From Bythopirellula sp. (GTDB lineage: Bacteria > Planctomycetota > Planctomycetia > Pirellulales > Lacipirellulaceae), in contig OZ244170.1 in NCBI GenBank assembly GCA_965216565.1, positions 320,001-384,000 of the forward strand: a DNA stretch of 64,000 bases, in the 5' to 3' direction. This document shows positions 22,882 through 33,253 of this stretch, piece by piece. Position 1 is the stretch's first letter. The number at the start of each line of letters is the position of its first letter. The notes under the pieces were generated by a model. The model saw only the letters and a list, made by a program, of their open reading frames with translations, was not told the DNA's origin and did no database searches. The position numbers and the translations under genes were made by a program.

Positions 22882-25173
22882 TTACCGGAAGCGTAATGTG
22901 CGAGTACCTATCCATGGTAAGACACCCAGCACAAGAAGAATTGCATTTGGTTCTGGAACAGAGGCAACTGCCGACAATGGCGGTGGGAATTGGCCAAATT
23001 GTTCCTGCCAGACGAGAAAGTCGAGCCCGTTGGAAAGGCCGTCGCCATTGGCATCCGATTCGTCATTGATGCCGTAGTCGCCTTCCCACTGCGCCAGATC
23101 GAGGGCGTCGACGAACCCATCTTCGTTAAAATCTGCTTCGAGGAATGAACCGCCCGAGAAACCTTCGACGATGATATTATCAAAGGCATAGGACCTGGAG
23201 GTCGAACCACTGTCGTCGTCGGTGATCGCGTTAAACTCAAGAGTTAGCGTATTGCCAGTACCAACGAGGCTCGAAGTGAGGGTTTGGAATAGATTAGAAA
23301 GCTCAATCGTCTGGGCATCGGTGGTTGTCATTTCCAGAGGATCATCGAGCGTAAACTGGTCGCCATCCGCCAGGGTGTAAGTAGCGGAGCCGCTGCTATC
23401 TACCGAGGAAGTAAACAACGGCGATGAGGCCCCTCCATCGATGGAGTAGGTCCAGTCGAAGACGTCTGCCAGTGCATCGAAATCTCCCATGGCAGCCATG
23501 TCGATGGAGACTTCCAGACCGCTGGTGGCAGTAGAAATGTCAAATTCCCAAGTGGCGGTTCCGGTACCTGATGGATTTTGGGCATTGTTGATGTCGACCA
23601 CACCAAACCAGGCGTCCGTCTTCACGTTGCTATCAACGAGCCCGTGGGTATCAGCCGGAAAAGCAACCGCGGAATCATCGAGGAGTGCGAATGGAATTGT
23701 GCTGCTTACCCCAACTTGAAAGGTTTCAAAGCCGTCAGCAGGACTCGAAAACGTTCCAGCTGTTGGTGTTTGACTAAAGCTATTGCGATTGAGCGTCGAG
23801 TCGAAATCATCCTTGGCAATCACACCAAACACCGGGCCTCCACCGCTGCCCACCGTGAAGTTCACGGGAAGATTGAACACGGTATTCATCGCACTTTGGC
23901 TAGAGGTCGTGACTGTGATAGTGCCCGATTGTGCTCCGAGCGTGGAAGTATCGAGTCCGATTTGGTGCGTGTTGCCACCACCGAGGGCATTGTCGAATGA
24001 ACTCAATCCCCCCGATAACGCTCCAGATACGCTGATTGTGTAATCCAGCTCGTCCGCTCCGCTGGGGATTAGCGCGTTGGCAATGTTTTCCACCAACACA
24101 TCGACATTGACCGAAGCCCCCATCGGCACGCTTGAAGGAATACTACCGAGCGAGGCCATCATAATCGCAGGGACCTGGTAATCGGCAACAACCGGGAGGT
24201 GATCGCTGGCGGTGGTCAATGCGTTTAGCACCGTGGGCGAGGCCCCATTGCCAGAAGTGATGGGGCTGCCGCAGCAGGAATGCGAACCGTTATTCCCAAA
24301 CGCACGATATGAGTTGTTAATGTAGCTGAGGCCCTCGTTATCCAGCAGTTCTCCAGTGACTAGCTGGAAATCGAACCGATCGTCGACGCCACCAAGAACT
24401 TGTCCAGGAAATGCCGAAGATGTTGCTGGACTTTGGGTATGCGTAATGCGAAGGCTCGAGTTGTTATTCCAGGTGCCCGGTGTACTGATGGGATCAAATG
24501 CCTGACCGTTACCAGCGGCGAGAAGTGTTTGATAGCTGTTTTCAAAACTGGACTGGATGTTGTAGTCGCCCGCCAGGATTGCACTAGTTCCCTGCCCCAA
24601 CCCATCTAAGTCGGCGCGGAGGACGGTCGCTTCGTGATCGCGACGATTCTTATCCGAGGTCGACGTGCCGGATTTGTAGTGGTTGGAATAGACATAAAAA
24701 TCCGCGGACGAATCGTAGCCCACCGGACGCAGTTGATAACGCGACGTTTGCCGTGCTTGCTCCGTGCCGCTAACCGATCCGAAGGCCACACGCGAAATTA
24801 GCGACACCGTGTTCGTATTGTAAATCAACCCCGGACGGCCCGCACCCGCAGTGATTCCATTAAGAAGTGCGTAGTTGTAGGTGCCTGCGCCGTAGATGGC
24901 ATTCAAATCACTCACGATATTAAATGTCGTAGTGGACCAGCTCTCCTGCTCTTGAAGAGCAAGTACATCAATCGGTTTAGAAAAACCGTTGACGATTTCG
25001 TCACCGATGGCTTCAAGAACTGTGTCGAGTCCGGTGCGCGGGGTCGATGTACTCCCCGTGGCGGTGTTGTAGGAGACAACCCGCAGCTGCGCATAAACTC
25101 GACTCGAACTCGTTGCTAGGGTGAATAGCAGCAAGCAAAGTGCGAACGTCTTGCCTAATTGTCTTAGTGCCAT
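22882..25173 (-). CDS. Endonuclease/exonuclease/phosphatase (EEP, DNase I-like) protein with dockerin-like domain and PEP-CTERM anchor
   Basis: Signal peptide; VSYNT, ALQEQ, AGDYN, RFDF, SDHLPV; VPEP + TM + basic tail. Confidence 0.88.
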   Translation of the reverse strand: MALRQLGKTFALCLLLFTLATSSSRVYAQLRVVSYNTATGSTSTPRTGLDTVLEAIGDEIVNGFSKPIDVLALQEQESWSTTTFNIVSDLNAIYGAGTYNYALLNGITAGAGRPGLIYNTNTVSLISRVAFGSVSGTEQARQTSRYQLRPVGYDSSADFYVYSNHYKSGTSTSDKNRRDHEATVLRADLDGLGQGTSAILAGDYNIQSSFENSYQTLLAAGNGQAFDPISTPGTWNNNSSLRITHTQSPATSSAFPGQVLGGVDDRFDFQLVTGELLDNEGLSYINNSYRAFGNNGSHSCCGSPITSGNGASPTVLNALTTASDHLPVVADYQVPAIMMASLGSIPSSVPMGASVNVDVLVENIANALIPSGADELDYTISVSGALSGGLSSFDNALGGGNTHQIGLDTSTLGAQSGTITVTTSSQSAMNTVFNLPVNFTVGSGGGPVFGVIAKDDFDSTLNRNSFSQTPTAGTFSSPADGFETFQVGVSSTIPFALLDDSAVAFPADTHGLVDSNVKTDAWFGVVDINNAQNPSGTGTATWEFDISTATSGLEVSIDMAAMGDFDALADVFDWTYSIDGGASSPLFTSSVDSSGSATYTLADGDQFTLDDPLEMTTTDAQTIELSNLFQTLTSSLVGTGNTLTLEFNAITDDDSGSTSRSYAFDNIIVEGFSGGSFLEADFNEDGFVDALDLAQWEGDYGINDESDANGDGLSNGLDFLVWQEQFGQFPPPLSAVASVPEPNAILLVLGVLPWIGTRTLRFR

Positions 25174-25251
25174 TATTTGTGTTCCGTAACGTTTACCTGG
25201 AGTAAGGCAAAAGCCCGCAATCCTTCATTAGACTTTGAAGCCGAAAGTCGC

Positions 25252-27090
25252 TCAACCAATTCGGAGGCTTCTGCGGCAATCCACTACAGGAGTAGGGGAG
25301 AAAACTCGTTTTCGTGAGAAATTTAAGCAGACGCCCAAGACGCCGATCAAAGTGAAAAGTGTTGGCTCTGGTACTGACGACAAGTTCGGAGCGGAAAGCG
25401 TTGTTCCGTAGGCAGCCTCCCACGCCGGCAGAGTGGTATTTCCATCCCCGATTTGCCAAGCAAGGAAGTCCAAACCATCCACAAGGCCATCGCCGTTAAT
25501 GTCAGGTGTCATCGCGGGGATCGAGGCTACCGCAGGGTATTGCGACTCCCACACTGCCAAATCTGAGCTATTCACCGCGGCATCGCTATTCGTGTCCCCG
25601 GTGGCATTCGTCGAGCCAATTCCGAAGCCCTGCTGCCAGATGAGAAAATCGAGCCCTGTCACGAGTCCGTCGCCATCAAAGTCGGCATCGTTCGCAATAG
25701 AGCTAGGATCGATGATGCCCGGGCTTCCAACGTCGCCTCCAGCGTGGATCTCTACGCCTCCCGTTACGGCAGTGGCGGAAAAGGAATTTGGGTCGGTTGG
25801 CAGATTCGGATCACTCACTTCCCAATTGAACTCGTCGGTAGGATCTAGGCCAAGATTCGTCAGGTAGATCGACTCGCGACCAAACGGGGAAGTTGGCCAT
25901 TGTGAATTGTATTGAAGGGTGAACTCCGTGTTGGCAAACACCCTGGCAGAGTTGGGATCGCTGTCTGTCGTGTAGTCGTTGAAATCGCTCCAAATCCCCA
26001 ATCTCTCCGCGGATGGGTTGGGAATGTTATCCAGGCTTGGGAAATTCACTACGGGTATGAAATTGATCGCGTTCGGATCACCACCGCCCCAGGCGTTGAT
26101 CATGTCTTGCTGGGTAATGGCGTCTGCATTGAATAATACAGCAACTTGGCCGGTTTTGAGCTCACCCGAAGTAATATTTGCCGCTGGTAGGTTGTCTCCT
26201 TCGCCGTCGTCGAAAACAAAGTTAGTGCTACTAAAATCAATGTCAGCGCCGCTGTTAAGAATTTCAACCCATTCCCAATCGGGCTCCGTCGAGGCAGGGT
26301 CGATCATCAATTCGGTAATGATCAAGTCGTCGATTGGCGACCCTTCCGGTAGTCGCCCGGGATTGGCAAAGTCATTTGGGTTATTCACTGATCCTGAACC
26401 AAATGATGCCGCGACGCTAGTTTGTGCCCCGAAGATGTCTGGGAGGCTTGCCGTCCAATTCACACCGTTGTGATAGGTACCGGTTCCATTCCAATAGATC
26501 GAGGAACCCACAGGCGTGGGGAAGTTGGAACGAAAATCAAGCCCTGCCAAACTGTTGTCAAAGCTGCCGACGACCGACTGCCCCGGACCCGACAGATCGG
26601 CTTCATAGTTGATAAAGTCAGACCAAATTCCTATCGATGATCCAGCATTCTCCAGAGTAGGAAAGTTGTTCACTGCGATTAGATTAAGACCGTTCGGGTC
26701 GCCCGCACCCCACGCATCGCGGAATACTTGATCGCCCGCCGCAAGATTCGGAATCCCTGGTGTCTGACCGTTGTACAAAATGGCCGTTCCACCTGCGGGT
26801 ATTTTGGTATTGTTGGCTTGGCCCGCATCGATGTTCGGCGGCGTGCCGTTCAATAGTCGAAAGTCATCGAGACTATCCAAATAAGCCCCATCAAGATCGA
26901 CCATGGCGTTGGGATCAAGATTTCGCACCTCGATCCATTCCCAGGCAGTCTCATCCAACGGATCAAACATCACCTCGGTGATTTGCAATTGGGCGAATGC
27001 CAATTGGTTGCCTGCGGATAAGATCAAGCAGGCAAGCATCAACGCCAAAGCTTTGCTGTAGCGCCACCCGGGCTCTCGGTCGCTGATCAT
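25252..27090 (-). CDS. Double lamin-tail-domain (LTD) protein with dockerin-like repeats and PEP-CTERM
   Basis: LQITEVMFDP...WEWIEVRN and LIITELMIDP...WEWVEILN; ADFDGDG; VPEP + TM. Confidence 0.8.
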   Translation of the reverse strand: MISDREPGWRYSKALALMLACLILSAGNQLAFAQLQITEVMFDPLDETAWEWIEVRNLDPNAMVDLDGAYLDSLDDFRLLNGTPPNIDAGQANNTKIPAGGTAILYNGQTPGIPNLAAGDQVFRDAWGAGDPNGLNLIAVNNFPTLENAGSSIGIWSDFINYEADLSGPGQSVVGSFDNSLAGLDFRSNFPTPVGSSIYWNGTGTYHNGVNWTASLPDIFGAQTSVAASFGSGSVNNPNDFANPGRLPEGSPIDDLIITELMIDPASTEPDWEWVEILNSGADIDFSSTNFVFDDGEGDNLPAANITSGELKTGQVAVLFNADAITQQDMINAWGGGDPNAINFIPVVNFPSLDNIPNPSAERLGIWSDFNDYTTDSDPNSARVFANTEFTLQYNSQWPTSPFGRESIYLTNLGLDPTDEFNWEVSDPNLPTDPNSFSATAVTGGVEIHAGGDVGSPGIIDPSSIANDADFDGDGLVTGLDFLIWQQGFGIGSTNATGDTNSDAAVNSSDLAVWESQYPAVASIPAMTPDINGDGLVDGLDFLAWQIGDGNTTLPAWEAAYGTTLSAPNLSSVPEPTLFTLIGVLGVCLNFSRKRVFSPTPVVDCRRSLRIG

Positions 27091-27195
27091 CTAGATTAGA
27101 CTCTCCCTCTCAGTCCGTCACATCAGCGGCCAGCCCCCTTATCGGTCGCTATCTATATTCTACTCAGTAGCTGCAAATGGGACAAACCAGCGCAT

Positions 27196-27231
27196 AAAAA
27201 ACGGTCGGTCACCAAATGGGCGACCGACCGT
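27196..27231 (-). terminator. Rho-independent terminator after the small PEP-CTERM gene
   Basis: ACGGTCGGTC...GACCGACCGT stem preceded by an A-run on + (U-tail on -). Confidence 0.75.
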
Positions 27232-27275
27232 CTATAAAACGCTATATCTGAGGATCTACCTCAGTCTCACATCGT

Positions 27276-28010
27276 CTAGCTGCGACGTCGGCTAGCACCA
27301 ATACCAGCCAACCCGAACAGCATCAGAGCCAAAGTCGCTGGCTCTGGAACGTGGGAGACAACCAAGTTGTCAACGAAAATCGTCTCGTCGGACGATGAAT
27401 TCGATTGACGTAGGTTGAACGAGTCGAGAGTCTCGCCAAGTAGAACTGTTGTGCTTACGACCGTGTTACCACCAGCGGTAACAGATGCCAAGCCGGTGCT
27501 GAAGTCCCAAGAAAGCTCGACGGGAACAGTAGCTCCGAAAGCAAAGTCAACTGGCAAGGCAACCTCGTTGGTACTGCTTGAAGACGCCAAACCAAGAGTA
27601 TAGTCACCACCTGCAGTTGGTGCGACTACATCGAGTCGTCCGCGGAAATTAAAGCTTGTGTCGTTCGAGAAATGAGCAAAGTACTCAAAGTCGGTTCCTG
27701 TGATACCTACGTTTGGATCATCAACCTCAACGCGGATATCAAAAGTGGCAGAATACACACCGGAACTGAATTCTGGACCAGCTACAAGTTCGGCGTCTTC
27801 CGAACCGGAATCTTGAGAAACTACCGCTTCTCCACTGGCAACCAGGAGTGTACCAGCGGTACCGCTTTGGTTTGCCCAACCACCATTGGGCACAAGGGCA
27901 CCATCAGGATAACTGAAATCTTCGGAAGCCAAGACAGCGGCAGAAGCCGATGACCCAACCACCATCAACAAGCCGCATACTGCGGCCATCAGGCCAAACT
28001 TAACAGACAT
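27276..28010 (-). CDS. Small PEP-CTERM protein (beta-rich domain, unknown function)
   Basis: Signal peptide MSVKFGLMAAVCG...ASA; C-terminal VPEPATLALMLFGLAGIGASRRRS. Confidence 0.85.
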   Translation of the reverse strand: MSVKFGLMAAVCGLLMVVGSSASAAVLASEDFSYPDGALVPNGGWANQSGTAGTLLVASGEAVVSQDSGSEDAELVAGPEFSSGVYSATFDIRVEVDDPNVGITGTDFEYFAHFSNDTSFNFRGRLDVVAPTAGGDYTLGLASSSSTNEVALPVDFAFGATVPVELSWDFSTGLASVTAGGNTVVSTTVLLGETLDSFNLRQSNSSSDETIFVDNLVVSHVPEPATLALMLFGLAGIGASRRRS

Positions 28011-28125
28011 TAGCGTTTCCCCTTTCAAAAGGTGCAAAAACTCCTGAGCGATCCTCGTTGATACGCTCAATGAAATAAAAAAGTAAAACGAACGAAAAGC
28101 GTGGGTTCCTAATTCTTATTGCAAG

Positions 28126-29874
28126 TTAACTCTTGCGCCGCCGCTGAAGCCCCAACGGTGCGAGAGCAATCATGGTTAGTAGTACAGTGGAAGGCTCAGG
28201 AACAGCTGCCACGTTCGCGGTGACTGGCGAAGTGCCATATTGACCTTCGTAGATCGCCAGATCTGCGGCGTCAACCACACCATCACCATTGGCATCGCCA
28301 TTGCTGTTATCCGTTTGGCCTGTAGCACCAAAGTTCTGTTGATAGATCAAGAAGTCCAAACCAGTCACCACGCCATCGCCATCGAAGTCGGCGTCGTCGT
28401 TAGCGATGACAAACGGAGTGAACGATCCTGGGCTTCCTTGGTCGCCACCTTCATGGTAGTTCGATCCATTGGGATCAAAGACCTCGGTAGCATTGTAAGA
28501 CCCGCCGAAGTCCGACAGCACAGCGCCTACCCAGTTACCAGGAGTGTTCGGGTCGGTAAGATCACCTAGGTGGATGGACTGACCTTGTCCTTCAATTGGG
28601 AAACCTGTGGTTCCATAGTCTTGCTCTGCAGCAGCAAGATCAAAATTTGGAGCTCCAGCATTGGGGTCAAAGTAGGTGTTGAAGGTACTCCAAAGACCTA
28701 CATGGTCGTTTCCGTTATTTAGTCCCATGTTCGCCCAACCAGTAACTTCCAGCAAGTTCAAGCCAGCACCATTCGGGTCCCAGGCTGCTAGGAAATTCGC
28801 GGCTGAAATGTCATCGATGTTGAATAGAATGCCAACTTCACCGGCACCCAGGGTACCCGTGATATTCGGAGCGGCTTGCGGCGTTCCGTTGCTGTCGTCA
28901 ATTACCCAACCATTGTTGGGGTCGGCACCAAAATCGATGGCCGATCCGGTGTTGTTGAATACCTCTACCCATTCCCATTGCGGCTCGTTGCCAGCTGGAT
29001 TGTAAAGAATTTCTGTGACGATTAGACCCGAAGCAGCAGGCCCAGCAGGGACATTACCTGGGTTTCCTAAATCGGCCGGATCGTTGAGAGAGGCTGTGCC
29101 CTCAGCGGCGACAGTAGAACTTGTAATTGCACCGCTGGCATCTCCGGCAGTGCTCACAGCCCAATTGGCACCGTCTGTGATAGAGCCGTTGCCACTATAT
29201 GTAACCGACTGGCCTTGGCTTCCGCCAGGAAAGCCATTGAAGTCCACGCTAAACGCTGCGTTCGCAAACGAAGCAATTTCTGGATCATTTGGATCTCCAT
29301 TGGAATCCAAAAGATAGGTAGGCCAACGATCTGCCACTCGAATTCCATCCAGCGTGCTATTGAAATTTGGGTCAGGAGCATAAAAGCCGATAGTTTGACC
29401 GTTGCCACCACCATTGCTCAACCCGGGCCAGAAGGTTGCAGGCATTACCGGTGCATTGGAGGGGAGACCCCAAGCTTGCAGAAACCCGTTCGGGTCAAAA
29501 TTCTCTTCTGGGAACGTGAAATCGAAACCGTCGTAGATGACGCCCACACCACCGGCTGGGATTACCGTATTAATCGCGTGTCCGTTGCCGAAATCGTCAA
29601 ACACGGTCGCATCGACGAAAGTCGCGTTGGGGTCGAATACGTTGTCACCTAAGTTGGCGCCCAGGTAACCCTTGAGGTCGATAGGAGAACCACTGGTGTT
29701 TCTTACTTCAATCCATTCCCAGATGTTGTCCCCAGGGCCACTGGGGTTGTTCATGTACTCTGTAATTTCAAGCTGAGCAAAAGCGTTTCCAATGGTCGCA
29801 AGAGAAAGAATTACGACTGCGAATGTCTGACAGACAACTCGTAAGTTCCGACTTCCAAGAAGGTTCATGTTCAT
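28126..29874 (-). CDS. Double lamin-tail-domain protein with dockerin-like domain and PEP-CTERM (paralogue of 25252-27090)
   Basis: LEITEYMNNP...WEWIEVRN and LIVTEILYNP...WEWVEVFN; ADFDGDG...DANGDG; VPEP + TM + RRRK; start uncertain (ORF extends to 29913). Confidence 0.8.
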   Translation of the reverse strand: MNMNLLGSRNLRVVCQTFAVVILSLATIGNAFAQLEITEYMNNPSGPGDNIWEWIEVRNTSGSPIDLKGYLGANLGDNVFDPNATFVDATVFDDFGNGHAINTVIPAGGVGVIYDGFDFTFPEENFDPNGFLQAWGLPSNAPVMPATFWPGLSNGGGNGQTIGFYAPDPNFNSTLDGIRVADRWPTYLLDSNGDPNDPEIASFANAAFSVDFNGFPGGSQGQSVTYSGNGSITDGANWAVSTAGDASGAITSSTVAAEGTASLNDPADLGNPGNVPAGPAASGLIVTEILYNPAGNEPQWEWVEVFNNTGSAIDFGADPNNGWVIDDSNGTPQAAPNITGTLGAGEVGILFNIDDISAANFLAAWDPNGAGLNLLEVTGWANMGLNNGNDHVGLWSTFNTYFDPNAGAPNFDLAAAEQDYGTTGFPIEGQGQSIHLGDLTDPNTPGNWVGAVLSDFGGSYNATEVFDPNGSNYHEGGDQGSPGSFTPFVIANDDADFDGDGVVTGLDFLIYQQNFGATGQTDNSNGDANGDGVVDAADLAIYEGQYGTSPVTANVAAVPEPSTVLLTMIALAPLGLQRRRKS

Positions 29875-30450
29875 TTGCCTTTTCGTTGTGTCTGTGAATG
29901 TGGTCAATTTCATGAGAACTAGAATGATTCGATAGACAGAAGGTTAGATGCAAAACTCAAGTTGATGAGATGAGTAGTGGAACGAATTCGATTGTGGTTG
30001 CGTTCCCCAAACAATTCTGGCGAGTTACCGCGTTCCAAAAACTTCCTCAGGCAAATCTCCAATCACCATGCTGGCAGATCTTCGGATTAACCCGTGAAGA
30101 TATCATGCTTCTATTATTATGATTAAGAGAAGAATTCCAACTAAGTCGTGTATTCAGAGTGGGTTATTGCGGCAATCCCCTATTCTAAACTAAATTTCCA
30201 TCATTAAAAGCACTTAAACTAAGCGAACCCGTTGCCCAGGCTTGATTTATGGGCCGGCAGCCGAGAAATTTCTAGCCGGTTGCCGGACCAGGTTAACTGC
30301 CCCCGCAGATTGAATCTCCCTTGAGCGTAACGACTTACAGTCTTCCATCACTCCTCATACGGCCAGACATCCACTTTTTAGAGCTACCGTCCTAGCCTTG
30401 CGAACATCCCGGGCTACCCGGATCGCCTCACACGCGTATCATTGCCTGCT

Positions 30451-31767
30451 ATGAATACCCAACCGCAAGCATTATCAAACGTCGCACTCATATTCCTAGG
30501 CCTACTGGGTTCTTTTGGTTTTGAGGCGGCTCGTGCGGAGACCGAAAACGGGCAAACAGTCCGCTTTGCGACATTCAACGTCTCTTTCTATGGCAATCGG
30601 GCGGGCGAAGTGTCCGAGCGTCTTGCCGAGCCCAACGACCCCCAAGCGGCTGCTGTAGCAGAGATTGTCCAACGGGTACGTCCCGATGTACTTCTATTAA
30701 ATGAAGTCGACTACGATATTGGCGTTGATCCCAATCATCAGCTTATCCATCGATTCCTTCAGAACTACTTGGCACACCCGCAGCACCTCTCGAAGAGCGA
30801 GAGCGGGCCGGCAGAGCCGATTTCTTACCCGTTTGTCTATTCCGCGCCTTCCAATACAGGTATTCATTCTGGGTTTGATCTCGACCGCAATGGCAAGATC
30901 GATCCAGCTCCTGGCAGCATCACCTACGGCGGCGATAGTTGGGGGTTTGGCCGTTATCCAGGACAGTATGGCATGGTAGTTCTTTCCCGCTATCCAATAC
31001 GAGAATCGGAAATCAGAACCTTTAAAAACTTCAAGTGGCAAGATATGCCGGAGTCGCGACTGCCGAGCGATCCCAATACAGACGTCCCCGCAGACTGGTA
31101 TTCCGACAAAATACTCGCCAAGTTTCCGCTTTCTTCGAAGAGTCATTGGGACGTACCCATCGATATCAACGGCCAAGTCGTCCATCTTCTCGCATCGCAC
31201 CCCACGCCGCCGACCTACGACGGAGCAGAAGACCGCAATGGCCGCCGTAACCACGATGAGATTCGATTTTGGGTGGATTACATTGCTGGTGGGGACCAGG
31301 CCGAATACATCTACGACGATCGGGGCCAGCGGGGAGGGCTCGATAATCACGCTTTATTCGTCGTGGCGGGCGACCTCAATGGCGATCCAGAAGACGGCCA
31401 GGGCCGCGAAGGAATTGAGCGTTTGCTCGCCTCACCCCGCTTGGCAAAGACTCCGATTCCGGCAAGTCAAGGTGGGGAAGAGCAGTCGAGTTTGCAGGGC
31501 GGCGCCAATGCCACGCATCGAGGCAAGCCACGATACGACACTCTCGATGCCGCCGACAACGGGGGGCCCGGAAACCTGCGAGTCGACTATGTATTACCCG
31601 CAAGTGGTCTGAATTGTGTTGCGTCAGAAGTATTTTGGCCCAATAATGACAGCAAGTTATTCGCTCTCGTGGGCACCCACCCATTTCCCAGCAGCGATCA
31701 TCGCCTAGTTTGGATTGATGTAGCGTTCGGAGATGCAGCGGGGATAGATGTCCAGCGGGAGAAATAG
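30451..31767 (+). CDS. Exported EEP-family phosphoesterase/nuclease
   Basis: Signal peptide; ATFNV, LLNEVD, SSKSHWDVP, SHPTPP, AGDLN, RVDYV, SDHRLVW. Confidence 0.88.
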   Translation: MNTQPQALSNVALIFLGLLGSFGFEAARAETENGQTVRFATFNVSFYGNRAGEVSERLAEPNDPQAAAVAEIVQRVRPDVLLLNEVDYDIGVDPNHQLIHRFLQNYLAHPQHLSKSESGPAEPISYPFVYSAPSNTGIHSGFDLDRNGKIDPAPGSITYGGDSWGFGRYPGQYGMVVLSRYPIRESEIRTFKNFKWQDMPESRLPSDPNTDVPADWYSDKILAKFPLSSKSHWDVPIDINGQVVHLLASHPTPPTYDGAEDRNGRRNHDEIRFWVDYIAGGDQAEYIYDDRGQRGGLDNHALFVVAGDLNGDPEDGQGREGIERLLASPRLAKTPIPASQGGEEQSSLQGGANATHRGKPRYDTLDAADNGGPGNLRVDYVLPASGLNCVASEVFWPNNDSKLFALVGTHPFPSSDHRLVWIDVAFGDAAGIDVQREK

Positions 31768-31939
31768 CACTTGCTAAGAAGGCAATTTCATTCCTCCTCG
31801 TACTACCCGGGGTTATGCGGGCGTATTTTGCAGAACGGAATCTTCACAATCGTTTTCTATGATAGCCCGCATCCGGTAAAATCTTGTATTGCCTTCCCAG
31901 CTAGTCCCGACCCAAATGCGTCGATGGAGTATTAATAAA

Positions 31940-33112
31940 ATGAATCGTAAGTCCTCTGGATTCACACTTGTTGAACTCTTAGTGGTGATCGCCATTATCG
32001 GCGTACTTGTCGCCCTCCTGCTTCCCGCGGTCCAAGCCGCCCGTGAAGCGGCCCGCCGTACGCAGTGCGTGAACAACATCAAGCAAATGGGTTTAGGAGC
32101 AGTCAACTACGAGAGCGGCAATGGAGCCTTTCCGCCGGGACGACTCTACCCGGACTGGGCGAATTCCAATGGCGTACAAAAGACTGGCTACACCAATTAC
32201 GAGGGGGGAATCAAGGCTAACGATAAGACAGGTTTCTATTCTGTTCACATTTGGCTATTGCCTTACATGGAAGCAGGCAATGTTTATGACTTGATCGATT
32301 TCAACAGGGCTCAAGTCAAGAAGATGCTCGATCCTCGCAATCCACATTTCGACGCCTACTCGACCGCTCAAGGTATCTTTCTGTGTCCCAGTGATGGCAA
32401 TGTCGGAAACATTATTTCTGAGAACAACTACCGTTCCAACTTCGGTGGCGATACGCCTGGTGCAGGAGCTAGTAGTGCAGGAGCAAAACCGGGAGATGTT
32501 GGAAGGTTCGATGCCTGGGATGGGTCGGGGAATGGAGCTTTCAGCTATTCCATCAAACGTACAGGGCTTAAGGCTGGGGAATTTACCGATGGCCTTTCTA
32601 ATACTGCTTTTTTCTCTGAGCGGGTTAAGGGGAGTGGCGACGAAAACGCAGACATTCCTGTTAGATCTTCGATAATAAGATGTCCCACCGGGCCCGCAGT
32701 TGGAGGCCTATTTGACGATCCTGATTCTACAAACGATGGGTACTCAAAGGCCCTAGCAGCAGGACAGAATCCCACAGGTACCAAAGGATATACGTTTAAT
32801 GCGGCAGGTCGCTGGATAGGCGAATGGTCCAACGGGTGGCCGTTTGCCGGATACGACTCTACTCAATACAACCATGTCGCTCCTCCTAATTGGGAAGGGC
32901 AAGATTGTGGTACTAACTTCATTCCAGATACCCCGGGTGAACATGCCGTAATCGGTGCTCGTAGCGATCATCCGGGCGTCGTCGTCGTCTGCTTTGGTGA
33001 TGGCCATACGTCCATCGTTTCCGATGACGTCGACATTTGGGTGTGGCGTGCTGCCGGTACACGGAATGGGCCCTCCTATAATGGCGTTGAGCCCACGGGC
33101 TTTGATTTCTAA
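31940..33112 (+). CDS. DUF1559 prepilin-type N-terminal cleavage/methylation protein
   Basis: [48 protein letters not shown]9-DG ([12 protein letters not shown]). Confidence 0.95.
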   Translation: MNRKSSGFTLVELLVVIAIIGVLVALLLPAVQAAREAARRTQCVNNIKQMGLGAVNYESGNGAFPPGRLYPDWANSNGVQKTGYTNYEGGIKANDKTGFYSVHIWLLPYMEAGNVYDLIDFNRAQVKKMLDPRNPHFDAYSTAQGIFLCPSDGNVGNIISENNYRSNFGGDTPGAGASSAGAKPGDVGRFDAWDGSGNGAFSYSIKRTGLKAGEFTDGLSNTAFFSERVKGSGDENADIPVRSSIIRCPTGPAVGGLFDDPDSTNDGYSKALAAGQNPTGTKGYTFNAAGRWIGEWSNGWPFAGYDSTQYNHVAPPNWEGQDCGTNFIPDTPGEHAVIGARSDHPGVVVVCFGDGHTSIVSDDVDIWVWRAAGTRNGPSYNGVEPTGFDF

Positions 33113-33253
33113 TCGACCGAATCACTCCTCTTGATTTTGGCACCCGGTGCGATAGGTTAGAGTATTCGATCAAATGGTTTTGGACTCCTTGGCAGGTCCA
33201 ATTCCCTTCGGCTACCGTCTTCTAATCTTCAATTCCCAATAAGGGGTATTGCC

